Assembly (NCBI GenBank): GCA_035517655.1
Contig: DATIYJ010000029.1
Span: 18,230-82,229 of the forward strand
DNA: 64,000 bases
Origin: Nitrospiria bacterium
GTDB lineage: Bacteria > Nitrospirota > Nitrospiria > JACQBZ01
Direction of reading: 5' to 3'
The translations under genes and the position numbers were made by a program. Positions 46,738 through 56,158 of the stretch are shown piece after piece (position 1 is the stretch's first letter; each line of letters opens with the position of its first letter). Under the pieces are notes generated by a model that saw only the letters and a program-made list of their open reading frames with translations, ran no database searches and had not been told where the DNA came from.

Positions 46738-47598
46738 TTAATGAATCAACGCTCTTATGACACCTCTCACGGCATTCACAACGGTGAGCAAGGAAGGGAA
46801 CGCATGCGTGCATCCGGATGCCGCCACCCATAGGGGATGGTATAAACGGAGCCAGAGAGGCAAGTTCAACAAGCGGTGGGCTCTTCGCCGGACGAGCTTG
46901 AGGGTCTCCACCTGCTCCCGGCGGCTTTTTTGTTTGAAGTAGCTTCCGGGATTGGTGTACCACAGCACGGTGCGACGGGGCAGAATGACGGCCTTGCCGT
47001 ATTGCAAGGCGCGCAGCTGAAAGTCGTAATCCTCGCTGAGCGGCAGCCGCTCATCGTATCCCCCGATCCGCCGCCAGGTGGATTTAGGATAGAACAACGT
47101 CGAGTTGACGAAGACGTTGCGTCTGTACACCGTCATGGGACTGAGCCAGCCGATCCGATCCGGAACGGCCTCCCCGGAAGTGGACAGTAACTCCCGGGGG
47201 ATATGTTCATGAAAAACATTTGTCGTGACGTATTCAGTGCCCAGGAAAGCGAGATCCGGGTGCCGGCGCGCAAAGCTCATCGAGTATTCCAATCGAAGGG
47301 GCAAACTCAAGTCATCGGCATCGTTGATCGCAATATAGTCTCCCGTCGCCGCGGAAACACCCTCATTCAGAGCCCGCCCCCGTCCGAGTCTTCCTCTTTG
47401 AAGATACCGAAACCTGGCGTCATCGACGGCCGCGCAAATTTCGCCCGTTTGATCGAACGATCCGTCATCCACCACGACAACCTCAAAGTTCGGATAGGTC
47501 TGGGCCAGCGCCGCGCTCACGGAGGCGCGAATATACCGCTCCGCATTGTAAGCCGTAATCACAACGGACACTTTCGGCTGTCGATCGGGGTTGTCCAT
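46738..47598 (-). CDS. Glycosyltransferase family 2
   Basis: 286 aa. VSVVITAYNAERYI...FEVVVVDDGS...DADD (DxD) is the GT2 signature. Confidence 0.8.
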   Translation of the reverse strand: MDNPDRQPKVSVVITAYNAERYIRASVSAALAQTYPNFEVVVVDDGSFDQTGEICAAVDDARFRYLQRGRLGRGRALNEGVSAATGDYIAINDADDLSLPLRLEYSMSFARRHPDLAFLGTEYVTTNVFHEHIPRELLSTSGEAVPDRIGWLSPMTVYRRNVFVNSTLFYPKSTWRRIGGYDERLPLSEDYDFQLRALQYGKAVILPRRTVLWYTNPGSYFKQKSRREQVETLKLVRRRAHRLLNLPLWLRLYHPLWVAASGCTHAFPSLLTVVNAVRGVIRALIH

Positions 47599-47604
47599 CG
47601 GCGT

Positions 47605-49233
47605 TCACGGGGAGGCGGAGGGAAACCATCGCGCAAGCGGCGGGACCTTCCGGGCCAGACCGCGAAGCGCCTCCCGATCCTCGGCTTCCACTTTCATAAC
47701 CAAGAGCGCCGCGCCGAAGATCGCCGTGGCCGCGAATCCCGCGGCCGCGGCGGAGGACAGCACGTGTTCCGACCGCAGGAACATTCCGACGGCCAATGTC
47801 AAAGCGCCGGCCAAGATCGACTTCACCATGCCGCGTGAAAACGGAATCACGCCGCAGAGCCGCCTCGCTTCCGCAACGCACAGGATGCTTCCCGCGATCA
47901 CATTCAACGACACCGCCCACGCGGCGCCAAGCGGCCCGTAGCGCGGGATCAGCACCATGTTCGCGCCGATCAACAGCAGTCCCATGACGATGGAATTCAT
48001 CATGATCGTCCCCGGGTATCCGGCCATGATGATGGTCGCCGTTGCCGGTCCCGATGCGCTGCTCACCAAATATCCCGCGGCCAGAATGATCAGCCAGGGA
48101 ACGCCCTTCGTGAAATCCTCCCCGAAGAGATGAAGAATCTCCCGGCCGAAGAGCACGAAATAGATGAAGATCAGGATCGACAGAGCCAGGGTCCAACGAG
48201 AAGTGAACCCGTAAAGCGATTTGAGACGAACGCGGTCCTTCCGGGCGAAAAGAGTCCCGACCATCGGGATCACCGCCGAATGAAACGCGGTCATGATGAG
48301 ACCGAGAATCGCCGCGGTCTGCGACGCGGCGCTGTAGACGCCGACGTCCCGGGAGGGAAACCACGCTCCCACAAACAGCATATCGGACCGGGGCGCAAAC
48401 ACCCCGAAGAGATTCGAGATCACCAGGGGAAACGAAAAAGCCAGGAGCGCGGGAGCGGTTCGCCTCCATCCGGAACCGTCGTGACGGGAACGGACGTCCG
48501 TCATTCGCAGAAGGCATGCGATCGCGAGCCCCGCAGTCAGTGTGAGGACCGCCAGAACGGCTCCCAGAACTCCCGCGAGCCCCCACCCCATCCAGAGCGC
48601 GAGTCCGGCGAGCGCAAACTTTCCCCCCGGCTCGACAACATATTTGATCGAAACAAACCGCCGGACATCGTGCAACGCCCTGAGGGAAGAAAGCAGAACG
48701 GCCGAAACGGCCGCCCCGGGAATTCCGACGGCCAATACGGTCAGGACCGTCGCCAAATCGGGCTTTCCGAAAACCTTCTCCGACAACGGGTGCGCCAACA
48801 AGGCCAGACAGACCCCCAACGCGCTTCCGAACAGGAGCGCCATGCCGCTCGCGGCGGTGATATACGGCCCGATCCGACCCGTTTTATCCCGATCGAGCGA
48901 TTGCGAGACAAACTTCATGACCGACGTATCGAGACTGAGGGGTGCAAACAGGATCAGGATGTTGAAGAGGCTGAGGCCGAGGGCATACAGGCCGAAATCC
49001 GTCGGTCCCAACACACGCGCGAGATAGATTCCGAACAGATAGTTGAGCCCGCAACCGAACACGGACGCGACCAGGATGAGGGCGCTGCTGCCGAGGGCGT
49101 CCGGCGCGTCACCCGTCGTCGAAACGCGCTCGGGTGCGGGGAAACCGCTATTCAAAGGATCGGAAGAGCCCGGGTCGATGACCGCCGACGCCTCCGCCGT
49201 TTCGAGCATCGTTGTCGTTTTACTTTCCATCAC
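47605..49233 (-). CDS. Polysaccharide flippase-like MOP-superfamily membrane protein (Wzx-like)
   Basis: 542 aa. About 14 TM helices. Polysacc_synt-like N-terminal region. Confidence 0.75.
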   Translation of the reverse strand: MMESKTTTMLETAEASAVIDPGSSDPLNSGFPAPERVSTTGDAPDALGSSALILVASVFGCGLNYLFGIYLARVLGPTDFGLYALGLSLFNILILFAPLSLDTSVMKFVSQSLDRDKTGRIGPYITAASGMALLFGSALGVCLALLAHPLSEKVFGKPDLATVLTVLAVGIPGAAVSAVLLSSLRALHDVRRFVSIKYVVEPGGKFALAGLALWMGWGLAGVLGAVLAVLTLTAGLAIACLLRMTDVRSRHDGSGWRRTAPALLAFSFPLVISNLFGVFAPRSDMLFVGAWFPSRDVGVYSAASQTAAILGLIMTAFHSAVIPMVGTLFARKDRVRLKSLYGFTSRWTLALSILIFIYFVLFGREILHLFGEDFTKGVPWLIILAAGYLVSSASGPATATIIMAGYPGTIMMNSIVMGLLLIGANMVLIPRYGPLGAAWAVSLNVIAGSILCVAEARRLCGVIPFSRGMVKSILAGALTLAVGMFLRSEHVLSSAAAAGFAATAIFGAALLVMKVEAEDREALRGLARKVPPLARWFPSASP

Positions 49234-50407
49234 CTTTGCTCCGGATTATGACTTGACGGCGTCGGTTGGAAAACGCCTTGATGGCGTCAAGAAAACGCTC
49301 CACCGACACGCTCATCCTCAGCCCGTCTCCCGCCTGCATGGCGGCGGCCCGCATGGCTTTGAGTCGATTCGGCGACTTCAAAAGGGCTTCAATCGCCGCC
49401 GCATATTCATCGACGTCCTGCTTCGTCATGACGCCGGTCTCGGTCGTCAGATATTCGATCTCCGGACTGTGCGCGGGGTAGTCGGTCGTGACCAGCGGCA
49501 GTCCATAGGCGAATCCATGCACGATGGCCAGGCCGACCAATCCCGGGATCACCAGCATCTCGGCCAGACGGAAATAAACGCTGAGACGTCCGGGGTCGAT
49601 TAAGGCTCCGAGGAAATGGGCATGCCGCAGGTTCAGCGCATCCCGCAAGGCCTCCAGACCTTTCCGCTCGGGACCGTCCCCGACGACCAGAAGGGCCGCG
49701 TTCGGCCGGCGCTCCTGCAGCCGCGCGAAGGCCCGCAAGAGGATATCGACACGCTTCTCTCCGTACAATCGGCCCGAAAACAAGAGAACGCTTTTTTCAT
49801 CGAGTTCCAGAGTCGCCCGGGCCCGCGCGAGATCTTCTTCAGTCACCTTCGCAGCGGCCGACCGAAAACCCTCCACGTCGATGGTATTGTAATGAGGTCT
49901 GACCCGCTCGCCCGGAAGGCCGTTCTTGCGCCAATAGTTGGCGCCTCCCTCGGTATAAGTGATCAGGCCGTCCGCATGCCGGGTCATGAACCGTTTCGCC
50001 GCTTCCTTCACGGCCCGCGACCATGAGAGGCGATCCACCGCTTGGAAGTTATACCCGTGCCCCCACCAGATCCACCGCCGACAAAGCCCGCGCCGTCGCG
50101 CCCATAAATAGGGGATATTCAACCCCTGCAGCTCCTGGGGAGCGATGATAATATCCGATCCGGCGATCGCCTTGGTCAGGCCCGTAAGCCAGAGTCCGCC
50201 CTCCCTTCTCCCGATCGGATGCGAAGGAAGCGGCCGGTGTCGAAATTCGCCGCGGGGAGGTCCCGATTCGGCTGCGCTGAGCACGGTGATTCGGAACCCT
50301 TCCCGCTCGCCGCGCGCGCTCAGTTGCGAGAAAAACGGCACGCGGTAATGAGGAATTTCCCGTTGAATGATGGACACGGTCTGCATCAAGCCCCCATCCG
50401 GCCTCAC
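49220..50407 (-). CDS. Glycosyltransferase family 4
   Basis: 395 aa. GT-B fold with C-terminal E-x7-E-like region (MLVIPGLVGLAIVHGFAYGLPLVTTD). Confidence 0.75.
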   Translation of the reverse strand: MRPDGGLMQTVSIIQREIPHYRVPFFSQLSARGEREGFRITVLSAAESGPPRGEFRHRPLPSHPIGRREGGLWLTGLTKAIAGSDIIIAPQELQGLNIPYLWARRRGLCRRWIWWGHGYNFQAVDRLSWSRAVKEAAKRFMTRHADGLITYTEGGANYWRKNGLPGERVRPHYNTIDVEGFRSAAAKVTEEDLARARATLELDEKSVLLFSGRLYGEKRVDILLRAFARLQERRPNAALLVVGDGPERKGLEALRDALNLRHAHFLGALIDPGRLSVYFRLAEMLVIPGLVGLAIVHGFAYGLPLVTTDYPAHSPEIEYLTTETGVMTKQDVDEYAAAIEALLKSPNRLKAMRAAAMQAGDGLRMSVSVERFLDAIKAFSNRRRQVIIRSKGDGK

Positions 50408-50434
50408 TCGACGGGATCCCCGCAGCTTCCGGGA

Positions 50435-52359
50435 TCATCCCCCGTCGGAAAATCGTCGGCACCACATCTCCAGCACCAGGGCTTTGTACGACGGAGGAAC
50501 CACCGCCCCCAGCGCAAAAGGACCGTCGGACAATGTTCGCGCGGCCTCCGGCTTGAGCACGCCGGCCTGAACAAGATAGCCGTCGTGGAGAAGCGGGCCG
50601 TACTTGGCGAACAGGGCCCGGTGCCACTCGATGACCGGAGGATGGAACCCCCGCTTCCGGCGCCGGAGCACCCAGTCCGGCAAGATGCCCTTGAGGGCGG
50701 TCCTGAACCACGCTTTGGGCGGCAACTCATAATCGGTTTGTGCCTTGCGGAGTCCGATCACCGTTTCGACCAAGCGGTAATCGACGAGCGGGAGTCGGAG
50801 CTCGACCGAGGAGGCCATGCCGAGACGATCTCCCTGCGCCATGCCGTTTTCCAGAAGGTAGGTCGAACAGATCAACCGGGTCAGCAGGATGTCGGGACGC
50901 GGCCATGGTTGCGCGATCGTGAAGGGGTCGTACGGCGTTGCGGTTCCGAGCGACTCGACAAACGCGGGGGCATACCAATTTCGCATCTGGCGGCGCGCGA
51001 TGCGGAAATCCGGCGTCAGGTCGTAGAAGACCGCTTGATCGCGGCGGCTGTCCCGGTCACGAAGGAAGGATTCCCACGACGTTCGCAGACCGCCCGCCGA
51101 CGTGCCCCAATTCCACAACCCGCGCTTTGACCACGTCTGCGGAAGCCACTGCACCGAGAGATAGTCTTGGAATCTGCGTTGACCCATGGCCGGAACGGCG
51201 CCCTTGCGGAACGATTCTTTCGCCGCCTGAGCCGTCCAGGGATAGCCCCAGAACAGTTCGTCGCCTCCCTGCCCCTGGAGCATGACGGCTACCCCCGCCT
51301 GCCTCGCGGCGTTCATCACGGCGTAGTACCCGAAGCCGGAGAGGTCGGCGATCGGATCGTCACACCAATACACCAACTCCGGAAAGAACCGCACCATCCA
51401 GTCTTGGGTAATTTCAACTCCGTGAAACGGCAAGCCCAGGTGGTCCGCCAAGGCCTTCGCGTCGGCGCGCTCGTCGTGAAGGGGCTTTCCGGAATACCCG
51501 ATGCTGAAGGCGTGCATTTGACCGGGGTATTTCTTCGCGGCGACGGCCGCGATCGCGCTGGAGTCCAACCCGCCGCTGAGCGCGACGCCGACCGGCACAT
51601 CGGACCGCACGACGAGTTCGCCTACCGTTTCTAACTCGGCCCGGATCGCTTCGACCGGATCGCCGGAACGCGCCGCGATTTCGTCCATGCTCCAATACGC
51701 CGTCTCCTCGACCTTCCAAGGATCAAGGGCTACGGTCAACATATGGGCCGCCGGCAGTTTGCGGAGGTGTCGCAGAGCTGTCCGCGGTTCGGGGACGTAG
51801 TTAAAGTGGAAGAACAGATCGACGGCATGAGGGTCCAACTCAAACGGAAGCAATTTCGAGTTCAAAAGAGTCTTCAACTCGGAACCGAAGACCAGCATTT
51901 GGCGGTCGAGGAACAGGTACAGGGGTTTTTCCCCCATCCGGTCCCGGACGAGGATCAGGCGTCTTACTCGACCGTCCCACAAGGCGAACGAAAACATGCC
52001 CCGCAAGTGATGAACGCAGTCCCGGCCGTATTCCTCGTACAGGTGCACGATCACTTCGCAGTCGCTTCCCGTCGCGAACCGATGGCCTCGCGCCTGAAGC
52101 CGGGCGCGGAGCTCGACGTAATTGTAAATTTCTCCGTTGGCGATCACGGTCAGCGTCCCGTCTTCGTTGTGAAGCGGCTGCCATCCGCGGGCGACATCGA
52201 TGATGCTCAAGCGGCGCATCGCAAGAGCGACGTGCTTATCGTAGTAGTGCCCCTCGCCGTCGGGCCCACGGTGCACCATGGCCTTGCTCATGAGCGAGAC
52301 CCGTTCATAATGTTCCGGCCGGAGAGGGTCACGAGCAATCAACCCGGCTATGCCGCACA
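50435..52359 (-). CDS. asnB: Asparagine synthase (glutamine-hydrolysing) family amidotransferase (AsnB-like, EPS-locus type)
   Basis: ATG at 52359 gives MCGIAG (N-terminal nucleophile Cys). SGGLDSS PP-loop. Confidence 0.85.
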
Positions 52360-52429
52360 TGACATTTTCCTCATGCTCAGGACAACGGCTCGATGCTTCC
52401 AAACATCCCTTGGATCTTTCTCTCTCCTC

Positions 52430-53734
52430 CTAAACGGGGAGAGAATGAGTTTGCCGCCGGACCCGGGGAAATCGGAGCCGGTCGAAGCCGGCCGCCGCCG
52501 GCCGGGCGCCCGACCCGGCCCGGGGCAACGCGGTCGCGCCTTTTTCCGTTTGCCTCAAGCTCATGGCAAAGATCGCGATATACCAATACAGCACTCCGGA
52601 GTACATGGCGGCGGAAAAAATAACGGTTTCACCCACATTCGAAAGGCTCATAAAAATTAAGACATACAGTTCCGCCCCGTATTGTCTCGCCGTGTCCCGC
52701 TTAAACAGCGCCCATAAGGCATAGCCGATAATCGCAACGTACAGGAAGGCGCCCAACGCGCCCGAATCAAGCAATGCCTGGATAAAACCGTCGTGGAGCG
52801 TCGGAGTGAATGATCGTTGATGTTGCGCATCCGTGCCGGGTGCCTTCATAACCTTCAGTCCCTGCGCTTCGTTGTCGAACGCATCCGCCCCGATTGTAAA
52901 TCCGTAGCCTAAAAAAGGCCTGTTCCAGAACTTGGCAAGAGCGACATTCCATATGGTCACTCTTCCCGACAGATTTGTTATGGACTTTTCCCGCAAAATC
53001 TGTGATTCCTCTTTCGATGAAATACGAAGATCGGCCGCCGCCATCATCAACGGCAAGATCGCCGCGAAGATAATCGTAGCCGTCGTCCATGTCCGCTTAT
53101 GCTTAAAATAGAAAGCGGCGGTGACGCACAACGCCACGACCGCGGCCACCCAAAAAGTCCTGGATCCGGTCAGATAGAGACATGGAAGAGAGACGAACAG
53201 CCCCGCAATACGAAGCGGCCAATTCCATCGGCCCAGCACGGATAAACCGAACAGGATGCCCGATGCCGCCCCCATCATGGCGGCTTTGCCGAACAGACCG
53301 TTGAATCGATATCCCTCCCGGGTTGATTCATAGACCCATTGAGGCCGATCATAGGCCAGGATCAAACTGGCCAGACAGACCGCTGTGAACACCAGCGCCG
53401 TCATCATCAGGGCCGCCTTATTTTTATGAATCTCCTTCCGCTGTGTCTCGATGTACGCGATGAAAAACAAGATCGTGGCGATCAGCGACGAGGTCTGAAC
53501 AACGACATAGAGCGGCCTCCGTGAAACGACCGACGTCAGAAGCAAAAGCGCCAGATAGGCAAAGACCAGGGCATATCGCTTAGGGAGGTCCGCACTCCCC
53601 CATGTCATGAGCCAGTATAATCCGACCATCAATGCCGGTCCCTCGGAGATGCCGCGCAACACATAACTGTCTCCAAAAGGCAATACATCTTTTCCGACAA
53701 GAGCGATCACCAAGAGCGCAAAAACATATCCCAT
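52430..53734 (-). CDS. O-antigen ligase/polymerase-like (Wzy_C) membrane protein
   Basis: 434 aa. Ten or more TM helices with a central periplasmic loop. Wzy_C-like profile. I recall a similar exosortase-associated O-glycosylation ligase family. Confidence 0.7.
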   Translation of the reverse strand: MGYVFALLVIALVGKDVLPFGDSYVLRGISEGPALMVGLYWLMTWGSADLPKRYALVFAYLALLLLTSVVSRRPLYVVVQTSSLIATILFFIAYIETQRKEIHKNKAALMMTALVFTAVCLASLILAYDRPQWVYESTREGYRFNGLFGKAAMMGAASGILFGLSVLGRWNWPLRIAGLFVSLPCLYLTGSRTFWVAAVVALCVTAAFYFKHKRTWTTATIIFAAILPLMMAAADLRISSKEESQILREKSITNLSGRVTIWNVALAKFWNRPFLGYGFTIGADAFDNEAQGLKVMKAPGTDAQHQRSFTPTLHDGFIQALLDSGALGAFLYVAIIGYALWALFKRDTARQYGAELYVLIFMSLSNVGETVIFSAAMYSGVLYWYIAIFAMSLRQTEKGATALPRAGSGARPAAAGFDRLRFPRVRRQTHSLPV

Positions 53735-53751
53735 CTTTGAAGCGGCGCCCC

Positions 53752-53979
53752 CTATGTTCTTCCCCTCGGCTCATCCGGAGAGCAAAGAATGCGGCCGGCT
53801 GCTGTCCGAACCGCGAAATCGGGGGGCTCGGTGCCATAGATCGTGACATCCAGATCCGCGCCGGATGCCCGAGATCGGATCTCTCCAAAGAACGGAACCC
53901 GATCATGGGGAATCTTTCTCCGGATGACGGCCACGGTCGGTACATCGACCCGGATCAATCGACGGCGATGTTTCAGCAA
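53752..53979 (-). pseudogene. Fragment resembling the N-terminus of a GT4 glycosyltransferase (gene remnant)
   Basis: 75 aa ORF …VAVIRRKIPHDRVPFFGEIRSRASGADLDVTIYG… parallels the N-terminus of the GT4 at 49220-50407 (VSIIQREIPHYRVPFFSQLSARGEREGFRITVL). No C-terminal domain. Confidence 0.5.
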
Positions 53980-54084
53980 GGACGCGCGCTCAAGTTTCGA
54001 ACACGATCATCCCCTTTTCTTGTTATAAGACCGTTATGCGGATGTTAGCTTCAGGTTAATTTTTCCGGGGCGGAAAAGAAAAAA

Positions 54085-54792
54085 TCATTTTGAGCGCATC
54101 CTGCCGGTCTTTGTGACCCCTCTTAGACGGACCAGCATCCGAGACAACGAACGATGGTGTAGGAATCCGAACCATCCCGTGAGGCCGGTGACGAAGAGCC
54201 ACGCGGCGCCCGGGAGGGGGACCGAGGATACCGGGCTCACTTGGCCGCTCAGAACGATATCGACGCTGCCTCCGGTCGTCCCCGTGATCTCTCCGGAGAA
54301 AGAGGCGGGAACAGTGCCGGAGAGGCTCCCGCTAAAGAAACCGCCCGGTTGAAATTGAAAGGGATTGCTCGAACCGCCAAGAACATCGCCGCTGCCGGGA
54401 GCATCCGTCACCGATGGATCGGGAATTGAAATCGACGCCGGCGGATAGTAGGATGGGAGGAGATCCATGGCATGCGGTTTCGAAAATAACACATCGGCAA
54501 AGATCGGCCCGAAGTTTTCCTTTTCCCACCGGCCGACCGCGAATCCGTTGGACGAGAACGGGATATAAAACAGACCTTCGCTCATGCTTTCTTGTTTTCG
54601 GAGGAGCGGATCCATCAATTCCTGGGGGGTTTCAAGATCCCCGGCGACCGCGATCCATCCCCATCCGGACGGACTCGGGCGAACCACCTGGACGAGGGAG
54701 GCCTCGGCCATCTGGACCGACAGGATCGATAAAGCCGCCGCGCAGACCAGAAATTTGAGAGGCATACAACAGCGTTTCTTGGCGATGCGCAT
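54085..54792 (-). CDS. PEP-CTERM-type (VPLP variant) exosortase cargo protein with unusually long basic tail
   Basis: Signal peptide. C-terminus ...SSVPLPGAAWLFVTGLTGWFGFLHHRSLSRMLVRLRGVTKTGRMRSK (VPLP motif, TM helix, basic residues). Confidence 0.7.
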   Translation of the reverse strand: MRIAKKRCCMPLKFLVCAAALSILSVQMAEASLVQVVRPSPSGWGWIAVAGDLETPQELMDPLLRKQESMSEGLFYIPFSSNGFAVGRWEKENFGPIFADVLFSKPHAMDLLPSYYPPASISIPDPSVTDAPGSGDVLGGSSNPFQFQPGGFFSGSLSGTVPASFSGEITGTTGGSVDIVLSGQVSPVSSVPLPGAAWLFVTGLTGWFGFLHHRSLSRMLVRLRGVTKTGRMRSK

Positions 54793-54795
54793 TTC

Positions 54796-55395
54796 TTACG
54801 AGAGATCGGTCAAAATCCGACCCGACCCTCCCCAACCCAACAAGGCCAGGGCCAAGATCCCCGTCGCAAAGAGTCCCAAGGCTGCGGGAAGAGGGACGGG
54901 AGCGACTTCCGTGGTGCCCTGCAGGTTCATCGTGAAGGAGGAAACATCCACATAAACATGTTGCCACGAAAGGCTGAATTGCCCGGTATTGGGATCGTAG
55001 GTGCCGGTCGCCAAACCGCCGATGTTCAAGGTCGCATTGATCACGGGTCCCGCAATTCCGGCAAACAGGGACGAGAGGTCCGCCGTCACCGTTGTTCCGG
55101 AGATCTGCGCGGACGGCGGAGCGTACAGTCCGCCGGAGGAAGCGGTGAAGATCGAGAAAGTGTGTCCGTCGATCGGAATCGGCGGAAAGATGTCCGGCGG
55201 AGGCTGGAATTGCCCCATCGCCAGCGTTCCGTTCTGTGTAAAGTTTCCGGAGAGAGAACCGAAGGCCCCTAAATTCAACGAGAGGCTCCCGCCGGTAATG
55301 TCCAACTGCGACACCGTATCCGCGTGAGCGGCGGCGCCGCAGAAATAAAAAAGAAGACCCACAAATGAAACGATCAGTATTTTTTGGAGTTTCAT
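54796..55395 (-). CDS. PEP-CTERM-type (VPLP variant) exosortase cargo protein
   Basis: Start MKLQKILIVSFVGLLFYF. C-terminus ...APVPLPAALGLFATGILALALLGWGGSGR. Confidence 0.75.
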   Translation of the reverse strand: MKLQKILIVSFVGLLFYFCGAAAHADTVSQLDITGGSLSLNLGAFGSLSGNFTQNGTLAMGQFQPPPDIFPPIPIDGHTFSIFTASSGGLYAPPSAQISGTTVTADLSSLFAGIAGPVINATLNIGGLATGTYDPNTGQFSLSWQHVYVDVSSFTMNLQGTTEVAPVPLPAALGLFATGILALALLGWGGSGRILTDLS

Positions 55396-55450
55396 GATGT
55401 CTCCGGAGCAATTCCGCCCGGAGAATTTTTCCCCGGGCGGAATGCATTGT

Positions 55451-56071
55451 TTATCCAAATAGCCTTTGCCAACTCATGCCGACAAAGCCGACCAAACCCG
55501 TAGCGAACATCAACAGGGAGGTCGGAATCGGGACCGGCGCCGGCGCCATGCCGTCATAGGGATTCACGGCAAAGGTCAGCGTTATTCCCGCGTCTTGCAG
55601 AGGATTAAACCCGTTTCCGTTCAAATCCCACTCGATGGCCAGCGTGTTGTAATACGTATAAGCCACTTGTGGATTGACGGAATGAGACGGATCGATCGGA
55701 TTCAAATAAACCTGATTGGCATAATCCGCCGGGTCGGAGATTGTGTAGATCGTACTCGTCTGGTCATTTCGCAACGCAAAATTCACCAAAGAACCGCCTG
55801 AAAACGTGTATTGCCCATACAGGGAAGCGGGACCATTGGGCGCCAGGGCGATCGGTGTAAACCCGCTGCCGTCTACAAACCCAAAGTCATACATCGGAAC
55901 CGGCAGGGTGAGGTCAATATTAAACGTCGCATCCCCGCTGTTATGATCGGTCCCGTCGATCATCAGCACAAGACCCGGGTTGTTCACAACCAAGTCCGCC
56001 GACGCCTGACCCGGCGGGATGCCCCACAGGACGCCTACCAGCAAAGCCAGTAAAGCCATCTTGTTTTTCAT
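55451..56071 (-). CDS. PEP-CTERM-type (VPIP variant) exosortase cargo protein
   Basis: Signal MKNKMALLALLVGVLWG. C-terminus ...APAPVPIPTSLLMFATGLVGFVGMSWQRLFG. Confidence 0.75.
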   Translation of the reverse strand: MKNKMALLALLVGVLWGIPPGQASADLVVNNPGLVLMIDGTDHNSGDATFNIDLTLPVPMYDFGFVDGSGFTPIALAPNGPASLYGQYTFSGGSLVNFALRNDQTSTIYTISDPADYANQVYLNPIDPSHSVNPQVAYTYYNTLAIEWDLNGNGFNPLQDAGITLTFAVNPYDGMAPAPVPIPTSLLMFATGLVGFVGMSWQRLFG

Positions 56072-56158
56072 TGTTAACCTCGATCAATGCTTTGAGCCTA
56101 AAGCCCCGCCGGGGATCTTGCGGTCCCCGGCAGGACGATGGCTGTTGTGAAATCCCTT

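Noticed and set aside
56072-56158. Hairpin CCGGGGA-ccgcaaga-TCCCCGG between the PstS-like gene and cargo gene B, considered as a terminator
   Set aside because: No U-tract follows on the transcribed (minus) strand. It is more likely a simple GC palindrome or a processing site, and there is insufficient evidence to call a terminator.
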